Positions 35,239 to 48,010 are shown, counted from the whole stretch's first letter. The stretch is 62,900 nt of DNA, filler included, from Octopus bimaculoides (GCF_001194135.2; 3 parts of 3 records of this genome joined end to end with filler, not necessarily neighbours in it), one strand, 5' to 3'. Notes: generated by a model from the letters alone, not told the origin. Made by a program: numbers and translations.

Positions 35239-37640
35239 ACTCTAGCTAACTCCACGCAGTCTTCTACTGATATTAACCCTCTTCCATCTTCCTTTCTAGG
35301 TAAATATAATCTTGCTTACTCCTGCTCTTGGGTAGAGTCCTCCATTTATATTGAATTCCTTCCTAGTTTTTCTGTCTAGCTTTGTTAATTCAGTTTTTGT
35401 CCAGTCTACAAAAGCTGCTGAGTATCTAAGTAATGATACGGCCCAAGTATTTACAGCCTTCACTAGATTCAGACCGTATAGCTTTGATTTCATTAGCTTC
35501 CTTGCCCTTCTGATATACTCCTTCTCAATTTTGGTTTTCATTTCTATAATTGGTACACTGTCAGATTCTAATACTCCTAGATACTTATAACTCTCTCTTT
35601 CTTTCAATGATTTTAATGTCTGGCCATCTGGTAATTAGATGCCTTCACTGTTGACTACCTGTCCCCTTTTCATGACTAATATTCACTCTTATCTATGCCA
35701 AATTCCATGCCTATATCTTTGCTGAAGAGTCTTACAGTTTGTATTACGGAACCTATCTCTTTTTCATTCTTACTAAAAAGCTTCAGATCATCCATGTAGA
35801 ACAAATAGTTAATTTTCCCCTTACTATTTCTGAACTGATATCCTGCCTTTGCCTTCCTTAATACTAAACTGAGGGGGATTAAACATAAGACAATTATTAA
35901 AGAGATTCTCGTATGTTGTCTGCTATACTGAATATACTCAAACATTCACTTATCCATGAGTATGAAATCATGTCATAGGCTTTCTTATAATCTATCTATG
36001 CTATTGTTAGATTTTTCTTTCTAGATTTTATTTAATTTAGAACCGCTTTGTCTATTTATAATAGATCATACGTTCCCATAGCCTTCTTCCTGAATCCTTT
36101 CTGTTCTTCTGGCAGTAAATTCTGGTTGTTACGGTACTCGTAAATGCTTTCTGAAAGCATTCCTATTAACAGCTTCCACACTAACGGTAAGCAAGTGATT
36201 GGTCTGTAATTGCTATCTGTATTACCCTTGCTTTTGTCTTTCATAAAGAGTATTGTTCTCCCTCTAGTCATCCAATCTGGTATTATTTCTCCATTAAGCA
36301 ATCCTGAAGTTGTTCTTCCATGTAAATCCTGAAGTTGTTCTTCCATGTAAACTTCTAATTTTCTTTAAACCAGTACCTTTGAATTAAATCTGGTCCTGTA
36401 TTCTTCCAATTCAGCATTTTCTCACACACTTTACTTATTAATGCTTTTCACGCACTATTTCTTCCCTCATTTTATTTAACCATACTGCATCTCCATTATG
36501 ATACTGCATCTCCATATTGCATCTCCATTTGGCTTATCCCAAATATTACTTTAGAACTTTCTAACTTGTTCTGCATTAGGTTTCTCATCTTCAGTACTTT
36601 CTTCTCCACTATTTTTTTGGTTATAAAATCTCCTCTGGTTTGTCTCAAATAATCTATTCTGTTGACACTGGTCTATTTTTTCTGTTATCTGGAAAGCTGA
36701 CCTGCTATAATACCGATGATACGCTGTTTCAACTCTTCTATGACTGTCCCAAATCCTTTCTCTTTGACTAAGTATCTTTTCTGAAGAGAAGATTTAAATC
36801 TTGTGTTTCCTAACTTGTTTAGTTTCCAGGCTTCTATTCTACTCAGATCTTGTCTTAAAGTCTTCACTTTATTTTGTAGTCACCTTTTCCACATTTGCTC
36901 TTTTCTAATCTTTCCTTGTGGAATATAGAATCTTCTAGTAACTACTATTACTCCTGCATAGATCAATAAGTCAGTGTCACCTATATTTTTACTATCTCTA
37001 TTTTTACTATCTACTTACCTAGTCATATCGAGCAGCTTCCTTCTGTTGGTACCTTTCAATTCTGGCAATCTTTTTCTTACTTCTTACTCATTACTTCCAG
37101 CAACTCATCTAAAATATTTTTATCTTCCTCACTTAAATCACTTATATCGCTGGTCCCAGTTGTGCCTACCTTATTGGTAGTGCCATTATTATTTTTCCTT
37201 TAAGTTCTTCTTTGGTTTGAACTGTATCACTTATGCTGTTGTTTGTCTTTACTACTGCCTGGTCTTTCCTTTCTAATTTTCTTGTGATCTCTTCCACCTC
37301 TAATTCTGTCATCCACTTTCTTCTAATAGCATTAGCTTGATCTACTAGTCTCTGCTCATTCACTTTCAGCATACCCTTCTCTACCCAAAGTGTCAACATC
37401 TGTTTTCTTAGGTTCACTTTCTAAGTAGCACTGCATCAATATCCTGTTTTCTTCGCTAATCCACTTCCTCCTTCTTACTCTATTATCTGCTGATGCTGTC
37501 TTGAGATAACAGCTGTGGTCTGTCTGCATCTTTACTAAATCGCTGCCGAGCGAGAGGCCTTCCCTTAAAGGTTGAACCTAATTTTCGCTGTTACAACTAG
37601 AGTTTCTGGGCAAACACTTGTCTCTCAAGGTAAGGTAAAG
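35239..37640 (-). mobile_element. R4/Dong-like non-LTR retrotransposon, 5' part and RT, 3' end missing
   Basis: EQRLVDQANAIRRK; NYRPITCLPLVWKLL; LPEEQKG; LFYMDDLKLFSK; SYKYLGVLE; AVNTWAVSLLRYS; LDRKTRK; LPRKEDGRGLISVED. Confidence 0.9.
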
Positions 37641-37772
37641 TTCGTCACCATCGTCATCACCACATCTGATAGTTTCAAGTAACTTTCTATTGCATCAGGC
37701 TGCACTTTTGTGCTGACAAAGTGTGTGTTTCATTTTTTCCTTTGGGGAACATTGTATTGCACCAGTATGTTT

Positions 37773-38081
37773 TGTTATGAGGTTTGGTTTGTGTTGTGGA
37801 AGGATCCTGACCACCCCACGTGACAGAAAGTGGACTAACGAATTTCAATAAAATAAGGAACTATCTGAACTGTCAGTAGTTGACACCTGGGCAGTTGACA
37901 GCGTTGATCGTCCGTATTGGTTATTGTGTTAGTTTAATATCGTAACTACGTTTGGAGCAGTGCGGAGTGTGTTCTGTGTGAACATATTAATTCTGCGAAA
38001 GGTTATTCTAGATAACCATATCCAAATATTTATTTGAGTAGTACCATTCTACACCCAACGTGCACAACTCACGTCATCACA
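37773..38081 (+). mobile_element. 5' LTR of Gypsy element
   Basis: TGTTATGA...TCATCACA terminal inverted repeats (7/8), followed 4 nt later by the PBS. Confidence 0.65.
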
Positions 38082-38085
38082 TTTA

Positions 38086-38095
38086 TGGCGACGAG
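38086..38095 (+). promoter_or_regulatory. Primer-binding site TGGCGACGAG
   Basis: Complementary to the 3' end ...CTCGTCGCCA of tRNA-Ser(GCT); immediately precedes gag. Confidence 0.7.
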
Positions 38096-39994
38096 ATATT
38101 CGAATCCATGCTGGACAGATTGTTGTTCGAACATGGGAGAGTTACTAGCTTCGGTAATTGAATTACAGAAACAGCAACAATAGCAGTTGTTGAAACTGCA
38201 AAGGCAACAGCAACTCTTGATACAATTGATAGAGAACAAAACAGAAAATATATCGAGTTCGTTCACACCTGATACGGTCGCAAACTCCATCGGAGAGTTT
38301 GTATAATTGAGGGTACTACCTTTCCTGCTTACTTTAGAAGGTACGATGAAATTTTTGAAGAAGAATGCTCCGACTAGCAAGACGAAAAAATCCACGACTT
38401 TTGTTGAGAAAGTTGGCACCAGCCGATCATGAAAAATATTATAATTATATACGACCAAAGAGACCGGATGAAGTTTGATTTGAAGAAACTGTGGATATTC
38501 TATCTAAAATTTTCAGCGAAAAAACTCTTTATTTAATACACGCCGGCAATATTACAAAAAAGAGGACGAAGATTTAATTACATGCGCTGGAATCGTTAAT
38601 AGGGCGTGCGAGAGATTTAAAATTAATGATTTAACACCAGACATGTTTAAATGTTTAATTTTCATGCAAGGTTTAACGGCAAAGAAAGACGCACAAATTC
38701 GTAACCGAATTCTGACTAAATTAGAGCAGAATCAGAAGCTAACACTACAAGAAATATCTAAGGATAATAAACCTAAACCAGAAAATAATAAACCTAAGAC
38801 ACGATAGGGAACAAATTTACGTAAGAAACTGCTCACATATACAATCGGTGAGACCGAAAGAAAGTAATGAAAAGCAGAAAATTAACCCATGTTTTGAATG
38901 TGGAGAATTACACTACAGATTCAACTGTCCTTATAAAAATAGAAAACGCTTCAAGTGTGGTATGATAGCTAATAAAAAATTACACTGTAAAACAAAACCT
39001 AGAAAACGATTCAACAGAAAAAAATTCATGTCAACAGTTTATCGGTGACAAGAAATACAAACGAGACTCAAAAAGAATTTGTGCATGTAAAAGTTAATAA
39101 TACAAATGTAAAATTACAGTTAGATACAGGTAATGACATTAATTTAATTAATGAAAACACATGGAAAAAATCGGGAAACCTACACTACATCGAAAATCGC
39201 ATGTGGAATCTCAGGTACTAAGTTAATTTTCAAAGATAAAATTATTTGTAACGTTATATTTCGCAAAAAACACAAGCAAACTATCTGGAACTGACTGGAT
39301 GGAACTGTTCGACTTATTGGATTTGCAAAAAAAACACAAGTAAACTATCTGGAATTGACTGGATGGAACTGTTCGACTTACTGGATTTACCCGTAAATAA
39401 TTTTTGTAAAAATGTAGTGGGATCGTGCGCCAATTCAAATACAGAGTCAGAATTTTTTTTTTAAAGTAGAAAGATGTTTTTTTAGACGAATTAAATTTAA
39501 AGCCAAATTTCAGGTAAAAGAAAATTCATTACCAGTTTTCAAACCCAAACGTAATGTGTCGTGTACAGCATTGGAACAAGTGAATAGGAATTAGATAGAC
39601 TGAAAAAAAATGAGAGTGATTGAAAAGATCGACTACTCACATTGGGTATCTCCAACAATGTATGTTAAAAAGAACAATTAAATTCGTGTATGTGCAGATT
39701 TCTCGACGGGACTAAACGAAGGTTTAAGACAGGATGACTACCCATTATCTAGTCCAGAGGAAATCTCGAAACTAAATGGTATGATATTGTCCTCGAAATT
39801 AAATTTTTTTGATGCTTACTCACAGATACAAATGAAAGACGACTGTGCCAAACTTCTAACAATTAATACACATAAAGGTCTGTACAAATTTAACCAGCTT
39901 CCGTTTGGCATAAAAGTTGCTCTGGCTATATTCCAACAAGCGATGGATACGATACTTGGAAAGTGTGACTTCGCGATGGACTACCTGGATAATA
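38096..39994 (+). mobile_element. Gypsy (Mag/K02A2.6-like) gag-protease-RT pseudogene, part 1
   Basis: Gag FKCLIFMQGL...IRNRILTKLEQ; CCHC knuckle CFECGELHYRFNC; protease LQLDTG; RT RVCADFSTGLN, THKGLYKFNQLPFGI, YLDN. Confidence 0.92.
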
Positions 39995-41450
39995 TCTATA
40001 CATATAAAAGAGAGGATGTGTGTGTGTGTACGTGAATGTAGTTTATGCACGTCCACAAATTAGCACGCATGTCGCTCCAATTTTAGGAGGTGATGTGTCA
40101 TGACATTATGTGCATTTTCGCCAAATATTTCTCTCAGAGGCACCCGCGTATAGCTGTAAAAATCGATAAACTTTTACCAATTTTGAAGTTTGTTGACATG
40201 GCGAAGTCAAATCTGTGCGTACGCGCGTGAAGGGGAGAGAGAGAGAGACAGAGAGACAGAGAGACAGANNNNNNNNNNNNNNNNNNNNNNNNNNNNNNNN
40301 NNNNNNNNNNNNNNNNNNNNNNNNNNNNNNNNNNNNNNNNNNNNNNNNNNNNNNNNNNNNNNNNNNNNNNNNNNNNNNNNNNNNNNNNNNNNNNNNNNNN
40401 NNNNNNNNNNNNNNNNNNNNNNNNNNNNNNNNNNNNNNNNNNNNNNNNNNNNNNNNNNNNNNNNNNNNNNNNNNNNNNNNNNNNNNNNNNNNNNNNNNNN
40501 NNNNNNNNNNNNNNNNNNNNNNNNNNNNNNNNNNNNNNNNNNNNNNNNNNNNNNNNNNNNNNNNNNNNNNNNNNNNNNNNNNNNNNNNNNNNNNNNNNNN
40601 NNNNNNNNNNNNNNNNNNNNNNNNNNNNNNNNNNNNNNNNNNNNNNNNNNNNNNNNNNNNNNNNNNNNNNNNNNNNNNNNNNNNNNNNNNNNNNNNNNNN
40701 NNNNNNNNNNNNNNNNNNNNNNNNNNNNNNNNNNNNNNNNNNNNNNNNNNNNNNNNNNNNNNNNNNNNNNNNNNNNNNNNNNNNNNNNNNNNNNNNNNNN
40801 NNNNNNNNNNNNNNNNNNNNNNNNNNNNNNNNNNNNNNNNNNNNNNNNNNNNNNNNNNNNNNNNNNNNNNNNNNNNNNNNNNNNNNNNNNNNNNNNNNNN
40901 NNNNNNNNNNNNNNNNNNNNNNNNNNNNNNNNNNNNNNNNNNNNNNNNNNNNNNNNNNNNNNNNNNNNNNNNNNNNNNNNNNNNNNNNNNNNNNNNNNNN
41001 NNNNNNNNNNNNNNNNNNNNNNNNNNNNNNNNNNNNNNNNNNNNNNNNNNNNNNNNNNNNNNNNNNNNNNNNNNNNNNNNNNNNNNNNNNNNNNNNNNNN
41101 NAGAGTTAACCTAGAAGGGACAGGCCCCTTATTTTTTGGTTAAGGCTGTTGGTAAGTTTTCCTAAGTTACTCCAATCCACATCCCCAATGCAAACCTTCA
41201 GATCAACCTTTTCCTATGCAGATCTCTAATGCAACTTTTAAAAAAACAGTCAATGAGTGGAAATAACCAATAAACTGATTCCTTATGGGATTTCCCAATC
41301 AAATTGCCAGCAAACCATTTTCAGCCAAACCAATTTCAACGGATTTCGCTCAAATCTGATGTCCATGTTACTTATTTTGGTTTGAAATAAAGCACTTGAT
41401 CACTTAATAATCCTAGCTTAATCCCGAGCAGCGCCGGGCTATACTGCTAG
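39995..41450 (+). mobile_element. Non-autonomous Helitron inserted in the Gypsy RT
   Basis: 5' TCTATACATATAAAA; 3' hairpin CCCG-agcagcgc-CGGG then CTAG; inserted between A and T without TSD; removal restores TAC CTG GAT AAT ATA TTA ATT AAA AGT GAA (YLDNILIKSE). Confidence 0.9.
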
Positions 41451-42440
41451 TATTAATTAAAAGTGAATCCCTTGATCGGTATGTCGAGCATATAAAATGT
41501 GTTTTTGAAAAATAAGAGATAACTGAGTGAGGAGAAACGTGAATTTTTCTTACCTAAAATTAAATATTTAGGACAAATTGATAAAAATGGTCGTCGACCA
41601 AATCCGTTGAGGGCAGATGCGATCAAAAATATGACCCCTCCGACAAATATATCTACCTTACAAGCTTTTGGGGACTTGTACACCATTATCAAATTTATAT
41701 ACTAAATATGCACACGGTAAGAACTCCACTAGATAATCTATGATAAAAAGATGTAAAATGGAAGTGGTCTCAAAATTGTCAGAAGGCGTTCGACGAAATT
41801 GAAAACATATTAACATCTGATTTGTCTTTAGCACATTTCGATCCTGCAGGGGAGATGAGTACGGTATCGAAGTAGTAGTTTCAGATGAGTACGGTATCGA
41901 AGCAGTAATGCTACATAAACACGAAGATGGTAACATGAAGGCCATGGTTCATACCTCACGTTTGCTACTACCTGGAGAGAAAAAAAAACCCAGCCAAATT
42001 GAAAAAGAGACTCTAGCGATTATTTCTGCCGTAGAAAATTTCGTAGATTTTTACACGGTAGAAATTTTCGGCTATAGACTGATGATCGTCCCTTATTATC
42101 TATATATAGGTCGAAGAAAGGAATCCCTACCCATACTGCTAATGGGTTGTAACGCTGGGGTACTATATTTACTAAACTATGATTTTAAAATGGAATTTAC
42201 GCCATCTAAGAAATTAGGACACGCTGATTGTTTATCAAGATTTATACCGAAAATTACTGAACCATTTGAGGATTGCAGCGTTGCTAGCGGAAAATGAAAT
42301 GAAAATATTTTATGTTATGTCATACGTGAATTGTCAGTTACATTACAAGATATAAAATTAAAAGCGGAAAACGATGAATTTATTGAAAATATGAAAGAAA
42401 TGCTGAGGGCTAAAAGTGATAAAAATATGCGTTTTGTTAA
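41451..42440 (+). mobile_element. Gypsy RT-RNase H pseudogene, part 2
   Basis: KIKYLGQ, DAIKNMTPPTN, KWSQNCQKAF, SQIEKETLAII, LLNYDFKMEF, GHADCLSR; integrase core and 3' LTR not seen. Confidence 0.9.
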
Positions 42441-43105
42441 AGGAATTTCACATTGGTCACCCAGGGATTTCGAAGCTTCTAAGGTGCTGTTCTTTCATTT
42501 TTATTGTCACCACCTTGTTTCGATATTATCTAGACTGTGCTGATATTATTTTTGTTTAGAAACACCTCCTGTTTTGCAGGGGGTGCACATTGATATCTTT
42601 TTGACTTTCGCTAATTATCAGAAAAAGAAAATATTTTGCAATTTTCCATATATATTGAAACATCGCTGATAAGTTATCCTAATATTCGACGACGGGATGC
42701 GTTCCATATCGGAGAAAAAAAGACAATACTGGTGTAGCAGTGACTACAGGAAATGACGTCACCACCATGCCAGCGAAATACATTTTCGTCTCTAAGCAGC
42801 GTCGAAACAGTTTTAGCAGGGAGACCAAACTGATATTTTGGTAACCCGCTAAAATAAACATTAAAAATCGAAAAGAGAAAATAAACAGCTTTGCAAGTTT
42901 GATTCGGTGCTTATTGAACATGAGAGGTGCGAAATTTAAGAAGCGACTTGTTAGAATATACATGTCTGTGAGAAGACATAAACAAGAATAGCAAAAATCT
43001 ACTATACCAAAAGAATTGGTAATACATACATTACAAGTGTTCTGTGAAGAGAACATAAGATTACTGCATAATTCAACATGAATGTGAAACGACATTAAAT
43101 ATCAT

Positions 43106-43205
43106 NNNNNNNNNNNNNNNNNNNNNNNNNNNNNNNNNNNNNNNNNNNNTTAATTAATTAANNNNNNNNNNNNNNNNNNNNNNNNNNNNNNNNNNNNNNN
43201 NNNNN
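43106..43205. other. Artificial 100-bp scaffold join (44 N + TTAATTAATTAA + 44 N)
   Basis: Identical construct to 17553-17652. Confidence 0.9.
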
Positions 43206-43254
43206 TGTGTGTGTGTGTGTGTGTTGTGTGTGTGTGTGTATATGCGTTATTTCT

Positions 43255-43471
43255 TTACCTACAAGGGGCTACACACAGAGGGGACAAAGAAGGACAGACA
43301 AACAGATTAAGTCGATTATATCGACCCCAGTGCGCAACTGGTACCTATCTAATCAATCCCGAAAGGATGAAAGGCAATGTTGACCTCGGCGGAATTTGAA
43401 CTCAGAACGTAGCGACAGACGAAATACCTCTAGGCATTTCGCCCGGCGTGCTAACGTTTCTGCCAGCTCGC
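43255..43471 (-). mobile_element. tRNA-derived SINE family A (well preserved)
   Basis: Minus head gcgagctggcagaaacgttagcacgccgggcgaaatgc...gagttcaaattccgccgaggtc; several related copies in the window. Confidence 0.9.
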
Positions 43472-43483
43472 TGTGTGTGTGTG

Positions 43484-43517
<34 letters not shown>

Positions 43518-43582
43518 GGTGTGTNNNNNNNNNNNNNNNNNNNNNNNNNNNNNNNNNNNNNNNNNNNNNNNNNNNNNNNNNN

Positions 43583-43620
<38 letters not shown>

Positions 43621-44037
43621 TTCCACAGAAAGGAACACAGAAAGAAACAAGGAGAGAAAATAATGAATGTCTAGTGGCTATCTATCTATCTATCTATCTA
43701 TATATCTATCTATCTATCTATCTGTCTATCAATCTACCTATCTATTTGCCTGTCTATCTATCTATCTACAGACACACACGCACACATACACATATACAAA
43801 CACAGAAACAACCTCAGATACACACACACGCACGTATACGCATAACGTATATTATATCCAAGTTAGCTTTATCAATTATTTTCTTTCAATCGATGGATTA
43901 TTTATATCCATGCTCTGGACTTTCCTTAAAGTGTCTACTAGAACAAATCAAGCCCGATTGTAAGGAGAAGTGGGGTTCAAGCACAAAACCAGACTCACAT
44001 ACGTATACGCATACATACATATATATANNNNNNNNNN

Positions 44038-44109
<72 letters not shown>

Positions 44110-44224
44110 CTGTGTGTACACACACATATACACACACATACTCACACATATATGAATTTGTGTTGCAAGATTCCTGATGTGAAATCGCGTGTTAAAATAG
44201 ATACTGTTCAAATAGATATTACGT

Positions 44225-44408
44225 GCGGGTGACACGTAAAATCACCCACTATACTCTCTGAGTGGTTGGCTTTAGGAAGGGCATCAAGCTGTAGAAACTC
44301 TGCCAAATCAGATTGGAGCCTAGTGTAGCCATCTGGCTTCACCAGTCCTCAGTCAAATCGTCCAACCCATGCTAGCATGGAAAGCGGGCGTTAAACGATG
44401 ATGATGAT
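44225..44408 (+). mobile_element. SINE 3' part with V-domain-like motif and (GAT)n tail
   Basis: ggttggctttaggaagggcatcaagctgtagaaa ... ccaacccatgctagcatggaaagcgggcgttaaacgatgatgatgat. Confidence 0.6.
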
Positions 44409-45114
44409 CGAGATGATCTTTTTTTTTTAAACACATGCACTATATATTAGTCCTTCACTCGTTTATTACTGTTCTTATTATAACTTATATATATTGTACG
44501 AAATCTTTCGTCACACATATACACATACAGAAGAATAATAGATCTCTATTGAGTAATACTTTAGTTTAATGTCAAATTGTGTTTATTACAATATAGAATC
44601 AAACGTGTATACACACGCACACAAACACACACACACAGTCATAAACATACATATGTGCGTGCATACCTACATACATACATACACTGACTTTCACGCAGAT
44701 ATATATTATAACGAGCATGTTTGATATTAATATATTTTAATTACTTTTTCCATTGAATTTCCGATAGAGTGTTCAATAAATGCACAGATGCATTTATTTT
44801 CAGAAAACGGGGTCAATAATGCGTAGAAATGCATTTATTCCGTTAAGTAATTCGATTAATTTGCCAAGTATACTTGTCTTGTCTTTCTAATTAACTATGA
44901 ATGAAATTAATAATTACTGAAATTACAGGTGATGTATTTATCATCATGTATTCCATCTACATATAATGTTCATGACATTTATGCGAGTGTTTTTTTTTTT
45001 CTTCTTTTGTATCATTCTCCATAATCCGGCAATACAGAAATCCTTCATCTATCACGGCTGTTACATTCCAAACCATCACCAGACCGCGAGAAGTGTAAAT
45101 CCAGGAAGTAAAAA

Positions 45115-45510
45115 CAGTACTCTTTTTACTCTTTTACTTGTTTCAGTTATTTTACTGCGGCCATGCTGGAGCACCACCTTTAATCTGGTAAATCGATCCC
45201 AGGACTTATTCTTTGTAAGCCTAGTACTTATTCTATCGGTCCACTTTGCTGAATCGCTGAGTTACGGGGACGTAAACACACCAGCATCAGTTGTCAAGCG
45301 ATGTTGGGGGGACAAACACAGACACATAAAAATATATTCTCACACACACATACACGTATACGACACATTTCCGCCTACTAAATCCACTCAGAAGGCTTTG
45401 GTTGGCCCGAGGCTATAGCAGAAGATACTTTCCTAAGGTGCCACGCAGTGACACCGAACCCGGAACCATGTTGTTGGTAAGCAAGCTACTTACAACACAT
45501 CCACTCCTGC
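45115..45510 (-). mobile_element. Bipartite tRNA-derived SINE family B (head, internal CA/TG microsatellite, tail)
   Basis: Same head (gttccgggttcggtgtcactgcgtggcacc...) and tail (...ccagcatggccgcag...aaacaagtaaaagag) as 47270 and 52000 copies. Confidence 0.9.
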
Positions 45511-46589
45511 GCGTATACTATATATTTTTTACAACTATTTTTATACTATGTTTAAATGTATTTTATTATAAATGCAAAGCAACACCACAGAGGAATCAGT
45601 GTAAACTTAAATAATAAACCGCGACAGGTGAACCGCGATATGGCAGGGGATTACTGTGAATACAGAAAAACGCATGCGAATCGCTGAAATGGTATTAGTA
45701 AACTTGGAGCTTACTGTAACATGTATATGTGTGTAGGTGTGTGTATGTGTGTGAGCGTGTTTATGTGTGTGTGAGTGTATGTGTGCGTGTATGTGCGCAT
45801 GTGTGCGCCAATGCGTGTGAATTTGCGTGTTCAATTGTGAGCGCCTCTGTTTATGTGCCTCTGCTTCTGTGTACCTGTAAAAAATATGTACAGAATAACC
45901 AATATTGGATCTATTTTTAATTTTGTCTCGACCCAAATTATCCTTCCAAATCAATGTTTTCAAGTGTTCAATAATGATCTAACACGATCGAACAGCAATA
46001 TGGGTTATGAATGAAAGAGAATATTACATAACACTTTTTTTTTCTGAATTGGGTGACACAATTTTGACCAAAACCCAACCAACTTTATCTCAGCTGAGTT
46101 TTCTTTCCACGCATTTGATGTAAACACGTGCATTCATGAGTAAACTTCTATCTATGATGGTGTATATTTTCCGATGTTAACTATTTTTCCCCAGACCGAG
46201 ATCAAACCAGAAAATATCAAAACCGTTGACGTTAATAATCAATGGAATTAATCGATGCAATGCATATTCGTATTAAGGTGCCTGAATCACACGTATATAT
46301 GTTTGCCTAATGCCTGTACATTTCTCATTTCACAGATACAACAATTTAAATATGTAAACTTTAGCTACTTCTAGTGACGCGGAATGAACATCTCCTTATG
46401 TTGATCACGTAAATCCATGCCTTTATACATTGCATTACAATGATAATGATTTCGCAGATCTAATGTGGAATTCGACAATAAAATACAATGAAGTAATATA
46501 CAGCAAAATACACTTTCTTTATATTAATAAGGTTTGTATAAAGTTAGATGTGTGAATCTTTTTCGGCTGTCCGTCGATCGTCGATGTTG

Positions 46590-47010
46590 ATTGTTCTTGT
46601 TCTTGTTCAATAACTATCTCGGGCAGACTTGCATGTGGGTATAAAGGGTTGTTCTTGTTCTGCAGGAGCAATAACATTTGCTGCGGGTGAAGCTACTTGG
46701 CTCAACAGAAAAGTGATTCCCCGAACGTGCTTTTTCGTATTCTTTTTATTGTTTCTCCTTAATGGCCCAAAATATGATCGGTGATCGGTGCCATTCATGG
46801 TGCGCAGAACATCTTTAAATCGCAGCCTCTAATGACCACGGAACCGCTTGCACTGATGCAGTTCAGCAGAGAAAGCTGCCTTTAGGAACGTGCTGCAAAC
46901 ATGTCGCACCCAGTGCAGCTGCAATGAGGCAATAAGGTGACCCCACAAAAACTGCACCAGTGCGGCACTGGACCTCTCTCATCTTATATGCAAGATGGAG
47001 CACAAATGAT
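46590..47010 (-). mobile_element. RTE-clade LINE 3' remnant
   Basis: QLHWVRHV...AFSAELHQCKR..RLRFKDVL; C-terminal PFIPTCKS. Confidence 0.7.
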
Positions 47011-47269
47011 TGGTAAGTAATTAAGATCTGTTCACACATTTTAAATAAGGTAGCTGGTGTAAATGTGATAGTAAAATAATCTAAACAGCAATTATTCGGT
47101 TGGAATAAGCTATATCACCTATCTACTTACATAGCGATAGAATTCTTTAGAAAAAAATTCATTAAAATTAGGGTTTCTGAGTTAATTACAGGAAAAGATT
47201 TCCAAAGGATGAAACGATATTTTGAATTTAGAGCTGAATATGATATGTGAATATATATGTGTATGTTTA

Positions 47270-47527
47270 TTCTTTAATTCTTTTATATTATTACTTCTTT
47301 CAGTCATTTGATTGCGGCCATGCTAGAGCATCGCCTTTATTCTTTGTAAGCCCGGTACTTATTCTATTGGTGTCTTTTGCCGAACTGCTCATTTACGGGG
47401 ACGTAAACACATCGACACCGGTTGTCAAGCAATGGTGGGGACACAACACAGACTCATAGACACACACACACAAATATGTACACACACACACACATACACA
47501 CACAGACATACACACACATATATATAG

Positions 47528-47576
<49 letters not shown>

Positions 47577-47790
47577 AGACGGGCTTCTTTCAATTTCCGT
47601 CTACCAAATCCACTCATAAAGCTTTGGTCGGCCCGAGGCTATAGCAGAAGGCACTTGCCCAAGGTGTCNNNNNNNNNNNNNNNNNNNNNNNNNNNNNNNN
47701 NNNNNNNNNNNNNNNNNNNNNNNNNNNNNNNNNNNACGCAGTAGGATTGAACCTGGAGCCATATGGTTGGGAAGGAAGCTTCTTAGCACA
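47270..47790 (-). mobile_element. SINE family B with expanded internal microsatellite
   Basis: Tail 47270-47460 and head 47575-47790 match the 45115 copy. Confidence 0.88.
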
Positions 47791-47882
47791 CGTGTTTGTA
47801 TGTACGTTTGTGTGAGCATATATTACTGCTTTGTGTTCGTCTGCGTAGGTTCGTGTTGTGCGCACGTGTATATGTGCATGTA

Positions 47883-48010
47883 TACGAGGGTGTGCTGAAA
47901 AGTTCCTGGTTTTGGGTAAAAAAAGATACGTTAGGATCAGTTAATTATGATTTTATTCAACTTATTCACCTGTCAGATCCACATACTTATTTCAGCGGTT
48001 CTTCAGGTTT
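47883..48010 (-). mobile_element. Mariner 3' end with TIR
   Basis: TA|CGAGGGTGTGCTGAAAAGTTC resembles the TIR at 18781-18808; minus strand YVDLTGE*VE* resembles the transposase C-terminus. Confidence 0.65.

Noticed and set aside
45625-45670. Tigger/pogo-like TIR (revcomp cagtaatcccctgccatatcgcggtt)
   Set aside because: Only one terminus is visible.
47000-47020. Strong + strand donor TTG|gtaagt with upstream acceptor at about 46665
   Set aside because: The interval is explained by an antisense RTE remnant and the frames contain stops.
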